Source: a virus (taxonomy: Duplodnaviria > Caudoviricetes). Taken from it: 56,661 bases of DNA. The stretch spans positions 1 through 56,661 of IMG/VR virus record IMGVR_UViG_3300043395_002017. The stretch is one strand, 5' to 3'. Within the stretch, counting starts at the first letter, position 1, and the number at the start of each line of letters is the position of its first letter. A program made the position numbers and the translations under genes. The notes beneath the pieces are model-generated. The model saw only the letters and a program-made list of their open reading frames with translations. It had not been told where the DNA came from and searched no databases. Positions 28,006 through 36,213 of this stretch are shown piece after piece.

Positions 28006-28358
28006 GCTTCACCTCCAATCCCGTGTGCGCGTTCGATAAGGCGCACTATGTCGCGCACTGTTGCCGTACCGCTTGGTGGCAGCGGGAGCGCGTCAATCTC
28101 CTCATCCGTCAGCGGCTTGCGCTGCGGTGGGTGGGTGTAGAGGGCCATTCCTGTAGTCAGAACAAGTGCAGGGTTAGTCGGAACAACAGTGAAGTGCCCC
28201 GCATATGAGCCGCTCACATACGCCATCGGCTCCTGCTCAGGCTCCGCAAGCGCGGTGCGGAGGGCGGCTCTCGCTGCGTTCACCTGCTCCCACGAATATG
28301 CGTCCAACGCCTCAAGCGCCTGCTGCGCGGCTTGTCGTAAAGTTATTTCAGCTTGCAT
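28002..28358 (-). CDS. Small protein (LRQAAQQALEAL + EPMAY...LYTHPP + PLTDEEI modules)
   Basis: Modular motifs. Confidence 0.7.
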   Translation of the reverse strand: MQAEITLRQAAQQALEALDAYSWEQVNAARAALRTALAEPEQEPMAYVSGSYAGHFTVVPTNPALVLTTGMALYTHPPQRKPLTDEEIDALPLPPSGTATVRDIVRLIERAHGIGGEA

Positions 28359-28494
28359 TCGTACACCTTGCTGTCAATATAAAATGAAGAAAGCTTGTCG
28401 CAGTCTCTTTGAATACGTGACATTCCAATGATGCCACCGAGTGCAAATGATGCTGCGACAACAATGGCAAATATCACAAGCTCTACACTGTCTT

Positions 28495-29328
28495 TCATTT
28501 CTTTTCTCCTTGCTCAAACAAAGCGTTAGCAACTTCAAAGATGCGCTTTTTATTTTGAAGCGCGTTGATGTATTCTTGCGGAAAGCAGTCGATACCATTC
28601 ACTGAACCAATCCACATGCCTGCAACGCAAGCATTGGTGTCGGTGTCCCATCCATAGGATACGGCATGACGCAACGTAGCGCCACCATCACCCCTGCCGT
28701 AATGCACAGCATGTCGTGCAGCGTTGAAGGTGTACATGATGGAGCCTTTCTTGACGCGAGTAGCCGTCGGATTGAAATACAACGAATGGAACTGGGGCTG
28801 CACCGGCCCCATCAACTCAGCAACGAACGCGGCGGTGTAGTTGATAATATCGGCGTTGCCGTGTGTCATCAAGCTTGCAGCAACAGCGTCGGCAAGCGCT
28901 TGTGTGCTGTTGTTGTGGTTGGCAGCAAGGCAGGCAGCGATGCGCATGATGCTGCCGTTGCCGCTGTCGTGTGTGTCGCCTGTCGAAGCAAAGGGTCGGT
29001 CATGCTCCATGCGATCAATGGCAGCAGCGGTGGTGCGTCCAATGTCAAAGACATATCCACGGGTGCCATAGTTGCCCGTCTTGCGCCAGTCCTTGAAGCG
29101 ACGTGCTGCATCCTGCGGATCGAACTTACCACGGGCAACGTAGCTCTCGCCCAATGCCAACGTCAATGCGCCATCGTCGGTGTACTCACCGAGACTAACA
29201 TCGTGTGCGCCACCAGTTGTCAGCTTAACATCATCCGGGTTCATTGGTTCACCAAACTCATAAGGTGCGCCAAGCATATCGCCTAGAAACGCACCGACAA
29301 ACATGCCGACAACTTGATCACGGGTCAT
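28495..29328 (-). CDS. ADP-ribosylglycohydrolase (DraG/ARH family)
   Basis: GDMLGAPYEF, YTDD, DIGRTT, GNGSIMR, THG, DTDTNACVAG. Confidence 0.93.
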   Translation of the reverse strand: MTRDQVVGMFVGAFLGDMLGAPYEFGEPMNPDDVKLTTGGAHDVSLGEYTDDGALTLALGESYVARGKFDPQDAARRFKDWRKTGNYGTRGYVFDIGRTTAAAIDRMEHDRPFASTGDTHDSGNGSIMRIAACLAANHNNSTQALADAVAASLMTHGNADIINYTAAFVAELMGPVQPQFHSLYFNPTATRVKKGSIMYTFNAARHAVHYGRGDGGATLRHAVSYGWDTDTNACVAGMWIGSVNGIDCFPQEYINALQNKKRIFEVANALFEQGEKK

Positions 29329-29552
29329 TGTGTATCCTTTTCTTTCGGAGGTTTTCGAAGCGGCGTTACTTGCGCCGCAGCAGGAATGTGGAAAATATTT
29401 CCGGTCATGTCGAGGCAGTAACTGAACATGCCGTCGAGATGATCGAAGAAGAAATAATTATCGCACCACTTCACGTAGTTCCGTTTCGGAACGCTGTATA
29501 GTGGTGTAGGTTGCAGGTGTATCCAATCACGCAGGTCTACTTCGCTGATCAT
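29325..29552 (-). CDS. Hypothetical protein
   Basis: FDHLDGMFSYC; coupled ORF. Confidence 0.65.
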   Translation of the reverse strand: MISEVDLRDWIHLQPTPLYSVPKRNYVKWCDNYFFFDHLDGMFSYCLDMTGNIFHIPAAAQVTPLRKPPKEKDTQ

Positions 29553-29704
29553 GATGTTCCTTTCGACAACACCTGCTTCGGTGTCTTGCGTTGAACACGA
29601 TTGCTCGGATGACAGAGATATTTTTCACCAAGCTTTAGAATGGCTTGCTTGGCACGTTCGAAGTTTCGTTGCTGAATCTCTTGCAATTGCTGTTCGATGG
29701 TCAT
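29549..29704 (-). CDS. Hypothetical protein
   Basis: MTIEQQL start, LGEKYLCHPSN. Confidence 0.6.
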   Translation of the reverse strand: MTIEQQLQEIQQRNFERAKQAILKLGEKYLCHPSNRVQRKTPKQVLSKGTS

Positions 29705-29774
29705 ATTAATAGCCTCAAGAAAAATGGTAGCGTCAGAATGACGACGATGAGTATCAGTCCGTCGTCGTCGTCTA

Positions 29775-30041
29775 TCACACGCTATACCGTTCGTAGTTGC
29801 GGATGCGGCTCTGCTTGTCTGTGTGCTTCTCGACGAAGCGCAACGCTGTGCCGTGGTCACGCAGGGCTTGCATCAACAGGGACAGGTCGCAGTCCTCTTC
29901 GAGGAACGCATAGTCTCCACGTTGATACGAATACGATGATACCTTGTCGGCAATGCCGAGGTTGGTGAGCACACTCTTACGTACCTTGGCCCATGCATGA
30001 CCGGGGTCACTGTAGACAGTGACGGTGAATTGTTTGCGCAT
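29775..30041 (-). CDS. Conserved hypothetical phage protein
   Basis: DPGHAW...SSYSY...LEEDCD...SRIRNY. Confidence 0.75.
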   Translation of the reverse strand: MRKQFTVTVYSDPGHAWAKVRKSVLTNLGIADKVSSYSYQRGDYAFLEEDCDLSLLMQALRDHGTALRFVEKHTDKQSRIRNYERYSV

Positions 30042-30046
30042 TTTGT

Positions 30047-30262
30047 TTACTCCTTGATGTAGTCGTCCATGTTCTCTGCTTCGACAGCAACGTAGAACGT
30101 GTTGAGGGTTTCGAAGCTTCCGTCTTCGCCGATGAGCGTCACCATCTGTGACGTGATGATGCGCTCATACCCCAATCGTGGGTGGTCGAGGGCAAGGACA
30201 GTGACCTGCTTATCGTTGAGACGATGTAAGCTATCGCGGACATAATGTACAGTGGGTTTCAT
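30047..30262 (-). CDS. Hypothetical protein
   Basis: DHPRLG...ITS...FETLNTFY. Confidence 0.7.
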   Translation of the reverse strand: MKPTVHYVRDSLHRLNDKQVTVLALDHPRLGYERIITSQMVTLIGEDGSFETLNTFYVAVEAENMDDYIKE

Positions 30263-30422
30263 AGCATAGCCTCCGGCATGTTGGCGAGCGCTTGCTTACT
30301 TTGTTCGCGCTGTCGCTGTTTCAAAAAAGAACGCTGCCGTTGTCGTTGTGACTCAGGCAGCGCCTTACCTTTGTAGGTATTAAAGGGCCACACCAACGGT
30401 AGCCCTTCGTTGTTGCGTTGCA

Positions 30423-31277
30423 TTATGCAGGCAGCAGGTCGAACAACTCGCGGTTGATACGAACGTGCTCAGCCACTGCGGTGACAGGGCGAGCCTTACG
30501 CATGCCGACGTTGTTGTCGGTGATAGACTTGATCATCACGTTACCACGCAGCACATTCTCCTGAATGCGATTCCACACAGTGAAGGCATCGCTCAGGTTG
30601 TCCTCGCTACGCTGCACGCCGAGTGCATCACGGATGGTCTTGTCAACAGCGTAGCTGCCCTTGATGGGGCGACCATCGACGTCGACAATGCTGTCGTCCC
30701 ATGCACCCCAACGCTTCATCACGGCTTGCTTGGCAAGCTCATACTGCTGCATGCCATCAAGGTTGATGTTACGGGCAACCTCGAACTGCTGCAACACCGA
30801 AGGCAAAGCCTCAATGACAGAGCGCAGGGATTGCTCGAATCCTGCAATCGACTTCGTCGTGTGGTAGATACGCTGCTGCATACCTTCCCCGGCAACGATG
30901 CCGTTGGAGCAGATGAAGCGGTATGCTCCGGCAAACAAACGCAGGGCAGAGCTACCATCGTGGCTGTTGTAGACGATGATCTCACCACGGGTTTGACCGT
31001 CGCCTTGGTCGCCTCCCTTGCTGAAAGCAACCATGTGGGTCTTGTGCTCAGCCTTGGTCGGGCTGTTCTTCGTGGGACGCTTCTGTGCAGCTTGCACAGG
31101 GAAGTAGTCGTAGTCTGCCATGATGGGCAACAGATCCGCAGTGCGGAAGGCTGCATAGCGATCCGTCAGACGCTCCGCCTTAGTGTCCGAGAACATAGCG
31201 GGAGCACGCTGCTGCATGTCTTCGACAGTGAGCACGCCATTGTCGTTGCGGCGGGAGAAGATGAGTGATTGACGCAT
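30423..31277 (-). CDS. DUF932/DUF945-family protein
   Basis: NSHDGSSA.RLFAGAYRFICSNG, WNRIQEN, N.ELF. Confidence 0.85.
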   Translation of the reverse strand: MRQSLIFSRRNDNGVLTVEDMQQRAPAMFSDTKAERLTDRYAAFRTADLLPIMADYDYFPVQAAQKRPTKNSPTKAEHKTHMVAFSKGGDQGDGQTRGEIIVYNSHDGSSALRLFAGAYRFICSNGIVAGEGMQQRIYHTTKSIAGFEQSLRSVIEALPSVLQQFEVARNINLDGMQQYELAKQAVMKRWGAWDDSIVDVDGRPIKGSYAVDKTIRDALGVQRSEDNLSDAFTVWNRIQENVLRGNVMIKSITDNNVGMRKARPVTAVAEHVRINRELFDLLPA

Positions 31278-31356
31278 GGTGTTTCCTTTCGGGGTTGTGA
31301 CGGCGACAGTGCCGTCGATGGGATCAATTGTACAGCGAAATAAATAGTCGAGTCAA
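31278..31356 (-). promoter_or_regulatory. sigma70 promoter + 5' hairpin + RBS cassette
   Basis: TTGACT-18-TACAAT, CCCATCGACGGC hairpin, GAAAGGAAACACC-ATG. Confidence 0.8.
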
Positions 31357-31364
31357 GTATGGGG

Positions 31365-31583
31365 TCATTCGTCCTTGGGTCGGATGTCAACCCATGACAG
31401 CGTGTCACTGCACCACATCATAGGTGACAGGGGCAAGCGCCACTGTATGACAACCTCAAGCGCTTCCGTCATCGTAGACTTCGTTGCACACAAGGGCATG
31501 CCTGCCCTAGCGTCGATGACAGCATAGCCCTGCGACTCGCTACCGGAAATATAAAATTGATGTTCAAGCATAGCTTGCCTCAT
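31365..31583 (-). CDS. Hypothetical protein
   Basis: Coupled ORF. Confidence 0.55.
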   Translation of the reverse strand: MRQAMLEHQFYISGSESQGYAVIDARAGMPLCATKSTMTEALEVVIQWRLPLSPMMWCSDTLSWVDIRPKDE

Positions 31584-31939
31584 AGAAGATCTTCGGGAAT
31601 GTCAACGTCATCACCGAACACCGACGATACATAAGCACGCATCGCTGCGATGAGCGGTGTTGCACCATACTCCTCAGCACCACTTCGTGTCGTAGCTATC
31701 CAAGGTCTGCCTTCGTTGGGGTTGAGCGGGTTGTAGTCGAGGGTGATGAGTTCACGTTCGATGATGGCTCCGGCTTGCGACCAATTCGTTGATGGTTGCC
31801 ACACTAGGCGATACGCATTGCTGAGAATAACTTTCCACGAAACAACTTCGTTGTCGTCGAGTTCTGCCTTGTGTCCTTCGGCGGTTGCCACTGCCCAGTC
31901 AAGGGCAACACCGTTGAGAATGCTTGTCTTTACTTTCAT
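31580..31939 (-). CDS. NinX/DUF2591-like protein
   Basis: LDWAVA...PSTNWSQAGAIIERE...GATPLIAAMRAYV. Confidence 0.8.
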   Translation of the reverse strand: MKVKTSILNGVALDWAVATAEGHKAELDDNEVVSWKVILSNAYRLVWQPSTNWSQAGAIIERELITLDYNPLNPNEGRPWIATTRSGAEEYGATPLIAAMRAYVSSVFGDDVDIPEDLL

Positions 31940-31949
31940 AAGTTTCCTT

Positions 31950-32420
31950 TCAGGAAAAGCTGTATACACCAATGACACGGGTACGGGGTCGGGTTGGGAA
32001 CGTATCGATGATACGTCCGTTGATGAGTGCAAACACATGTCCACGCACCGACACAATGTGTCGTCCCGTGGGATAGCGTGATGCAATGTTGGCAACTGTG
32101 CAGCCTTTGCTGTCGACATCGTCAGCACCGCATTGGTACAGCGACATCAGCCTGTCGCGCTTCTTGCCCGTCTCACCCAGTGTGGTGAAGGTAGCGCCAA
32201 ATATCTTCGCCACTTCGTGGGTTGTCGTCACCTTCGTACCACGGAATTGCTTGCGTCCCTTGCGGAAGAACAGGTCACGCAGGTTGGGGTAGGTATCGAC
32301 GCCAACGTTAGCGAATGCTCGAATGACGCAGTCATTTTTATCTTCGAGTCCGAAGTCCGCCGCCATGTATCCGGGTTCGGCAGGGTGATGGGGCAGATGG
32401 GTGATGAAGATTGTTCGCAT
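31950..32420 (-). CDS. Hypothetical protein with DCVIRA...GHV (papain-like Cys/His) motifs
   Basis: NDCVIRA and GHVFALING.IIDT; start MRTIF. Confidence 0.6.
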   Translation of the reverse strand: MRTIFITHLPHHPAEPGYMAADFGLEDKNDCVIRAFANVGVDTYPNLRDLFFRKGRKQFRGTKVTTTHEVAKIFGATFTTLGETGKKRDRLMSLYQCGADDVDSKGCTVANIASRYPTGRHIVSVRGHVFALINGRIIDTFPTRPRTRVIGVYSFS

Positions 32421-32433
32421 GTTGCTGAGCCTT

Positions 32434-32613
32434 TCAGTAAAAGCTGACGATGACAGCCGAAGCTTCGGCAGGGTATGCAGCAGCCCATTCGTCAGCGCTG
32501 TTGCGCTTGATGGTGTAGTGCATGAACGTTGCGTTGCCCCATACGACGACGACAACGTGTCGTGCAAAGGTACGGATGAAGCTGCGGCGGATGGCGCTGA
32601 TGATGTCACGCAT
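32434..32613 (-). CDS. Small hypothetical protein (not in ORF track)
   Basis: MRDIISAIRR... directly behind promoter/RBS cassette. Confidence 0.6.
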   Translation of the reverse strand: MRDIISAIRRSFIRTFARHVVVVVWGNATFMHYTIKRNSADEWAAAYPAEASAVIVSFY

Positions 32614-32692
32614 TGCTGTGTCCTTTCAGGAATTCGACAGCGGGATGCCGTCGATGGGTTGAAGTATATGGGATAAATAATCTCCGAGTCAA
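32614..32692 (-). promoter_or_regulatory. sigma70 promoter + 5' hairpin + RBS cassette
   Basis: TTGACT-18-TATACT, CCCATCGACGGC...GCTGTCGA, TCCTGAAAGGA. Confidence 0.8.
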
Positions 32693-33093
32693 GCGGAGGG
32701 GTTTTGTCGGCATTCCTGACCGAAGATTGCGCCTCTGCCGTTACGTGATGCAACGACAACGTGTCGCGCCGTTGTCACGGGAAGCTCGCTCACGGCAGTG
32801 ACGAAGCTGTCGAACTTGTACGGATTGTATTTGATGGGGGTGAACAGCGCTTCGATGCGGTTGATGAAGCTGTCGCTCACGTTGGTGTTGATCATCTCAC
32901 CGACGACACCGGCATGTACGTTCTTGCGTTGCTCACGGATGACACGCTGACGTCCGGCTTCGGACACCTTGAACGTGGCGTTTGCAAGCAATACAGAGTC
33001 AGCATGGGCAATGACACGCCCTTTGCGCTCACCTTCGAGTGCCTTCACGCTCAGGCATTTACGATTCAAGTTGAAGTAGACCATCACACGCAT
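32689..33093 (-). CDS. Conserved hypothetical phage protein
   Basis: YFNLNRKCLSV...FKVSEAGRQRV.REQRKNVHAGVVG...YNPYK; aggaga RBS. Confidence 0.75.
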   Translation of the reverse strand: MRVMVYFNLNRKCLSVKALEGERKGRVIAHADSVLLANATFKVSEAGRQRVIREQRKNVHAGVVGEMINTNVSDSFINRIEALFTPIKYNPYKFDSFVTAVSELPVTTARHVVVASRNGRGAIFGQECRQNPSA

Positions 33094-33514
33094 TTGTTCT
33101 CTCCTTGAGATAGTCGATTGCACATTGCAATCGGTTGATGTCATCTTTCATATGTCCAATTGCAACATTGCAACAATGACAGATGATGCCGCGAACCTTA
33201 CCCGTTGCATGACAATGATCTACCACCGCCTGATTAGGCGGTCGAGAATCATTTCTTTTGATTGGTTCCACATGTAACTCTACGCTACATACTGCACATT
33301 TTCCATCTTGCGTGGCAACCATTGCCTCCCATTGTTGTCGAGTCAACCCGTAACGATGCTTCATTTGTTTCCATCTCTGGATACTTGGATCAGCCCGTTG
33401 TCTTTCAATGAGCGCTTTGTTGTGGCAAGATTTACAGGTAAATCTATGTCCCGTTGGCGTTTTGTAGAATTCTGTCAGTTGCTTTTCAACTGAACATGTT
33501 TTGCATTTGAACAT
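33059..33514 (-). CDS. Endonuclease VII-type (His-Me finger) putative homing endonuclease
   Basis: CKTC...CKSC, YGLT, CAVC, VDHCHATGKVRGIICHCCNVAIG. Confidence 0.9.
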   Translation of the reverse strand: MFKCKTCSVEKQLTEFYKTPTGHRFTCKSCHNKALIERQRADPSIQRWKQMKHRYGLTRQQWEAMVATQDGKCAVCSVELHVEPIKRNDSRPPNQAVVDHCHATGKVRGIICHCCNVAIGHMKDDINRLQCAIDYLKERTNACDGLLQLES

Positions 33515-33652
33515 TGTTTCCTCACTAATGTGAGGATTGTTGTATCACAATGTGCAGGTTAACGCCAGTAATACCTACATCAGAATGCGTCGCGTTCAAT
33601 CAATACGAACACGATGATGAGTGCTACGATGATGGCAAGGAAATAGTACATG

Positions 33653-33808
33653 TCAGAATCCTTTCAAAAGGATTTTCATGAGGAACGGAACAGCAAGTCC
33701 CGTCAGATTAGATAACTCTTTTAGAGTTAAGTTGGGATTGTTGTCGTATATCCTACGGATATCATCGTAGGTTAATCCGTGGAGCGAACGCTTCATTGTG
33801 TATGCCAT
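33653..33808 (-). CDS. Small HTH-like protein, 51 aa (not in ORF track)
   Basis: MAYTMKRSLHGLTYDDIRRIYDNNPNLTLKELSNLTG...; gaaagg RBS. Confidence 0.55.
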   Translation of the reverse strand: MAYTMKRSLHGLTYDDIRRIYDNNPNLTLKELSNLTGLAVPFLMKILLKGF

Positions 33809-34004
33809 GTCACAAACCTTTCAGGTTTTGTTGAACGCTCACCATTGAACGCTCAAGAAAACCCCCTATCGCAAGAGCACCCACTCTCACTTGGGGACAG
33901 ATGGTATAGATGCCGCACTCTATCCAATGCATGATGCCTTAACGTATGCATCATTCACGCCAGCCCATAGTGCATCTGTCACATGCACCGACACTGGTAA
34001 CGGG

Positions 34005-34032
34005 TTGTTAAAGAGCGGGAAGCTTTCGCTTC
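34005..34032 (-). promoter_or_regulatory. boxB-like hairpin plus boxA antitermination element
   Basis: GAAGC-GAAA-GCTTC then CGCTCTTTAACAA immediately after promoter. Confidence 0.75.
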
Positions 34033-34044
34033 GTGTTGCTTTCT

Positions 34045-34074
34045 ATTATAAGGGCGTCGCATTTCCCTTGTCAA
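34045..34074 (-). promoter_or_regulatory. Consensus sigma70 promoter
   Basis: TTGACA-18-TATAAT. Confidence 0.88.
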
Positions 34075-34224
34075 CTGTATGGGCTTTCACCCCGTCGTCA
34101 ACGGTTCGCATAGCGTCGTCTGTAACATACAGGCTAAGCTACGCTTCGATACTACGCTTGTGTCGTAACCCGGCATCACCCGGCTAGCTTCTCACCGACT
34201 CGGCGTCGTCTCGCATTGGCTTCT

Positions 34225-34254
34225 ATTATTACCGCCAACGAAAAACCCTGTCAA
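34225..34254 (-). promoter_or_regulatory. sigma70 promoter, tandem partner of 34045-34074
   Basis: TTGACA-17/18-TAATAAT, same upstream GAAAGCCCxTACAG block. Confidence 0.7.
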
Positions 34255-34299
34255 CTGTAGGGGCTTTCGTTGACGTCCCCCGAAGGGGATCGTCGCATG

Positions 34300-35169
34300 T
34301 TAGTGCACAGCGATTGCAATCACCTTGCCCTTGAACACGTCGCTACCGCAAGCATGCCCCACGTTGGTGCATGTGCCGCACTTGCCGGGGCAGGGAAACA
34401 CTTTGCTATCAAAGATAGCACGAATGGCATCGTTCACCGGCTTCGTGCCATAATCGGCAGCTTTGATCTTGCGACCAATGCTGACAGCGACGAAGTCGCC
34501 ACGGGTAAACGCTTGCTGACGGATGAAACCTACGGTGGAGTCGTCCGCATTGTGACCCGAGGAAATATTCAACTTATAGTTGACCGGCACCACGCCGCCA
34601 GCTTCGACGAAGCTCTTCAGCAGAGCGAAGCTCTTGCTGTAGCCGTAGGCTTTCACCTTCGGCAGGACCGACAGCAGGCCCATCCAAAATTCAATGTCAG
34701 AGACATTGGAAAAATCGCCGTCCACATAGAGACGGAAATCAAAACCCTTCGGGTTTGCGTCATTAACGGCATTCAATGCATCAATAATCGCAAAGCGATT
34801 GAAGCGCATCAAGTATGCATTCTGAGCCTGACGGAAGAACGCCGACGGATAACGCCATGCCCTGAAGCTGTAGCAGAATGCTAAGCATTCTCCAGCACCG
34901 GGACAAGTGACGCCGGGCAGAGTAGAAAACGCATAGAACGGCAGCTTGCTGTTGCCTTCGGCAAACACGCTGAACGGCACAGCGTTATCGAAGATAACGG
35001 ACGAAAACTTCGTCATGGCAGCTTGCCAACCCTTCGAAGCGAACAAAGGCAGAGCCTTTAGGGCAACGAATGCGTTGACGATATCAGCTTCGCTGCCGGT
35101 TTGGACGACGACGGCAAAGCGCTGAAGTTCTTCGAACTTCGGGGCGTTGGTGAATGAACGTGTTTGCAT
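34300..35169 (-). CDS. Gp88-like Cys-rich protein
   Basis: GNSKL...TCPGAGEC...CYS, RLYVDGDF, YGYSK, CPGKCGTC. Confidence 0.75.
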   Translation of the reverse strand: MQTRSFTNAPKFEELQRFAVVVQTGSEADIVNAFVALKALPLFASKGWQAAMTKFSSVIFDNAVPFSVFAEGNSKLPFYAFSTLPGVTCPGAGECLAFCYSFRAWRYPSAFFRQAQNAYLMRFNRFAIIDALNAVNDANPKGFDFRLYVDGDFSNVSDIEFWMGLLSVLPKVKAYGYSKSFALLKSFVEAGGVVPVNYKLNISSGHNADDSTVGFIRQQAFTRGDFVAVSIGRKIKAADYGTKPVNDAIRAIFDSKVFPCPGKCGTCTNVGHACGSDVFKGKVIAIAVH

Positions 35170-35248
35170 GGTGTTTCCTTTCAGGAAAGCGACGGAATCG
35201 CCGTCGTCGATGGGGTCAATTGTAGGGGCCGATGAAAGCCCCTGTCAA
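35170..35248 (-). promoter_or_regulatory. sigma70 promoter + 5' hairpin + RBS cassette
   Basis: TTGACA-18-TACAAT, CCCATCGACGACGG...CCGTCG, TCCTGAAAGGAAACACC-ATG. Confidence 0.8.
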
Positions 35249-35256
35249 CTGTGGGG

Positions 35257-35439
35257 TTATTCGCCAACTGTCCAGATTTTAACAACGTAGTTGTTAGGGT
35301 TGATGCACTCTACACGGGCTACGTTGATGCCATCATCGTAAACGATGACGTTGTTTTTCCATGCGGTAACGGCAGTGAATCCTTCGGATTCGAGCCATTC
35401 GGCGGGATCAGCGAAAAAATGCTTCATCGTGACGTTCAT
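35257..35439 (-). CDS. Hypothetical protein (first early gene)
   Basis: MNVTMKHF behind promoter cassette. Confidence 0.65.
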   Translation of the reverse strand: MNVTMKHFFADPAEWLESEGFTAVTAWKNNVIVYDDGINVARVECINPNNYVVKIWTVGE

Positions 35440-35522
35440 GCTATGTATCCTTTCAGGATTGCGACGCCGGGAATCGGCATCGATGGGAACGGACTGTAGC
35501 GACAAACAATACCTGAGTCAAG
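35440..35522 (-). promoter_or_regulatory. sigma70 promoter + 5' hairpin + RBS cassette
   Basis: TTGACT-17-TACAGT, CCCATCGATGCCG...CGGCGTCG, TCCTGAAAGGA. Confidence 0.7.
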
Positions 35523-35737
35523 CGAAGGGTTTTTCGACGTCGGCTTTGGCAGCGAAGCTGCTGCGCGTGTGCGCGTGCTACGTCACGTGTAGCGCGATGC
35601 GGTGCGTGATGCGCGGATGACGTGCGACGTCGTGCGTTAGCGGGTGGGGTAGTTCGATGCGAAGCTTTGCTTCGGTCGACGTCGAGCGGGGTAGTTCGAT
35701 GTTGTACATCGAAAGAGGGGGTATGCTCTACCGCTAA

Positions 35738-36006
35738 GTTAGTGGTCACTAACATAGGGATTTTATCGCTCTGACGACAAAAGCACTTATTCCTACGGAA
35801 TAGACCTAAGCTGTTGATTTGCAAAGCAAATGACGTAGCGCGAGATCGTGCGCTAGAGCGCATTATGCGCGATCACACACACGCATCATGTGCGCGGATG
35901 ACGTGAGCATGACGTGGGCGGGCGTGGGCCACCCGGGGGTGCTAGCGCTATTGTATATAGCCTAGCACACAGATCAGGATTTTTAACTTTGTTAGTGGTC
36001 ACTAAC
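35738..36006. repeat. Two copies of near-palindrome GTTAGTGGTCACTAAC (35738-35753, 35991-36006)
   Basis: Exact 16-nt repeat read directly. Confidence 0.9.
35807..35819 (-). promoter_or_regulatory. IHF consensus site
   Basis: AATCAACAGCTTA matches WATCAANNNNTTR. Confidence 0.6.
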
Positions 36007-36198
36007 TTAGCATGCCAATAAAAACAACGACCTATCCCGATCTTGTGCATCCTGCCGCACACACCATCACCTACATCACCCAACACCACACGACACCATC
36101 CGGCACCAAACGACACCATCCTGCACTACAATGACAGCAAAAACATAGCTTTGTCGCATTGACGACGCGGGGTCAGCAACAACACCATGCTATGGTGA

Positions 36199-36213
36199 TG
36201 AGAATCATTCGCA
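36199..36213. promoter_or_regulatory. Fur-box-like site
   Basis: TGAGAAT-C-ATTCGCA versus 7-1-7 consensus TGATAAT-N-ATTATCA. Confidence 0.5.

Noticed and set aside
35560-36130. CRISPR mini-array
   Set aside because: Repeats are 14-16 nt, only two copies each, without regular spacers
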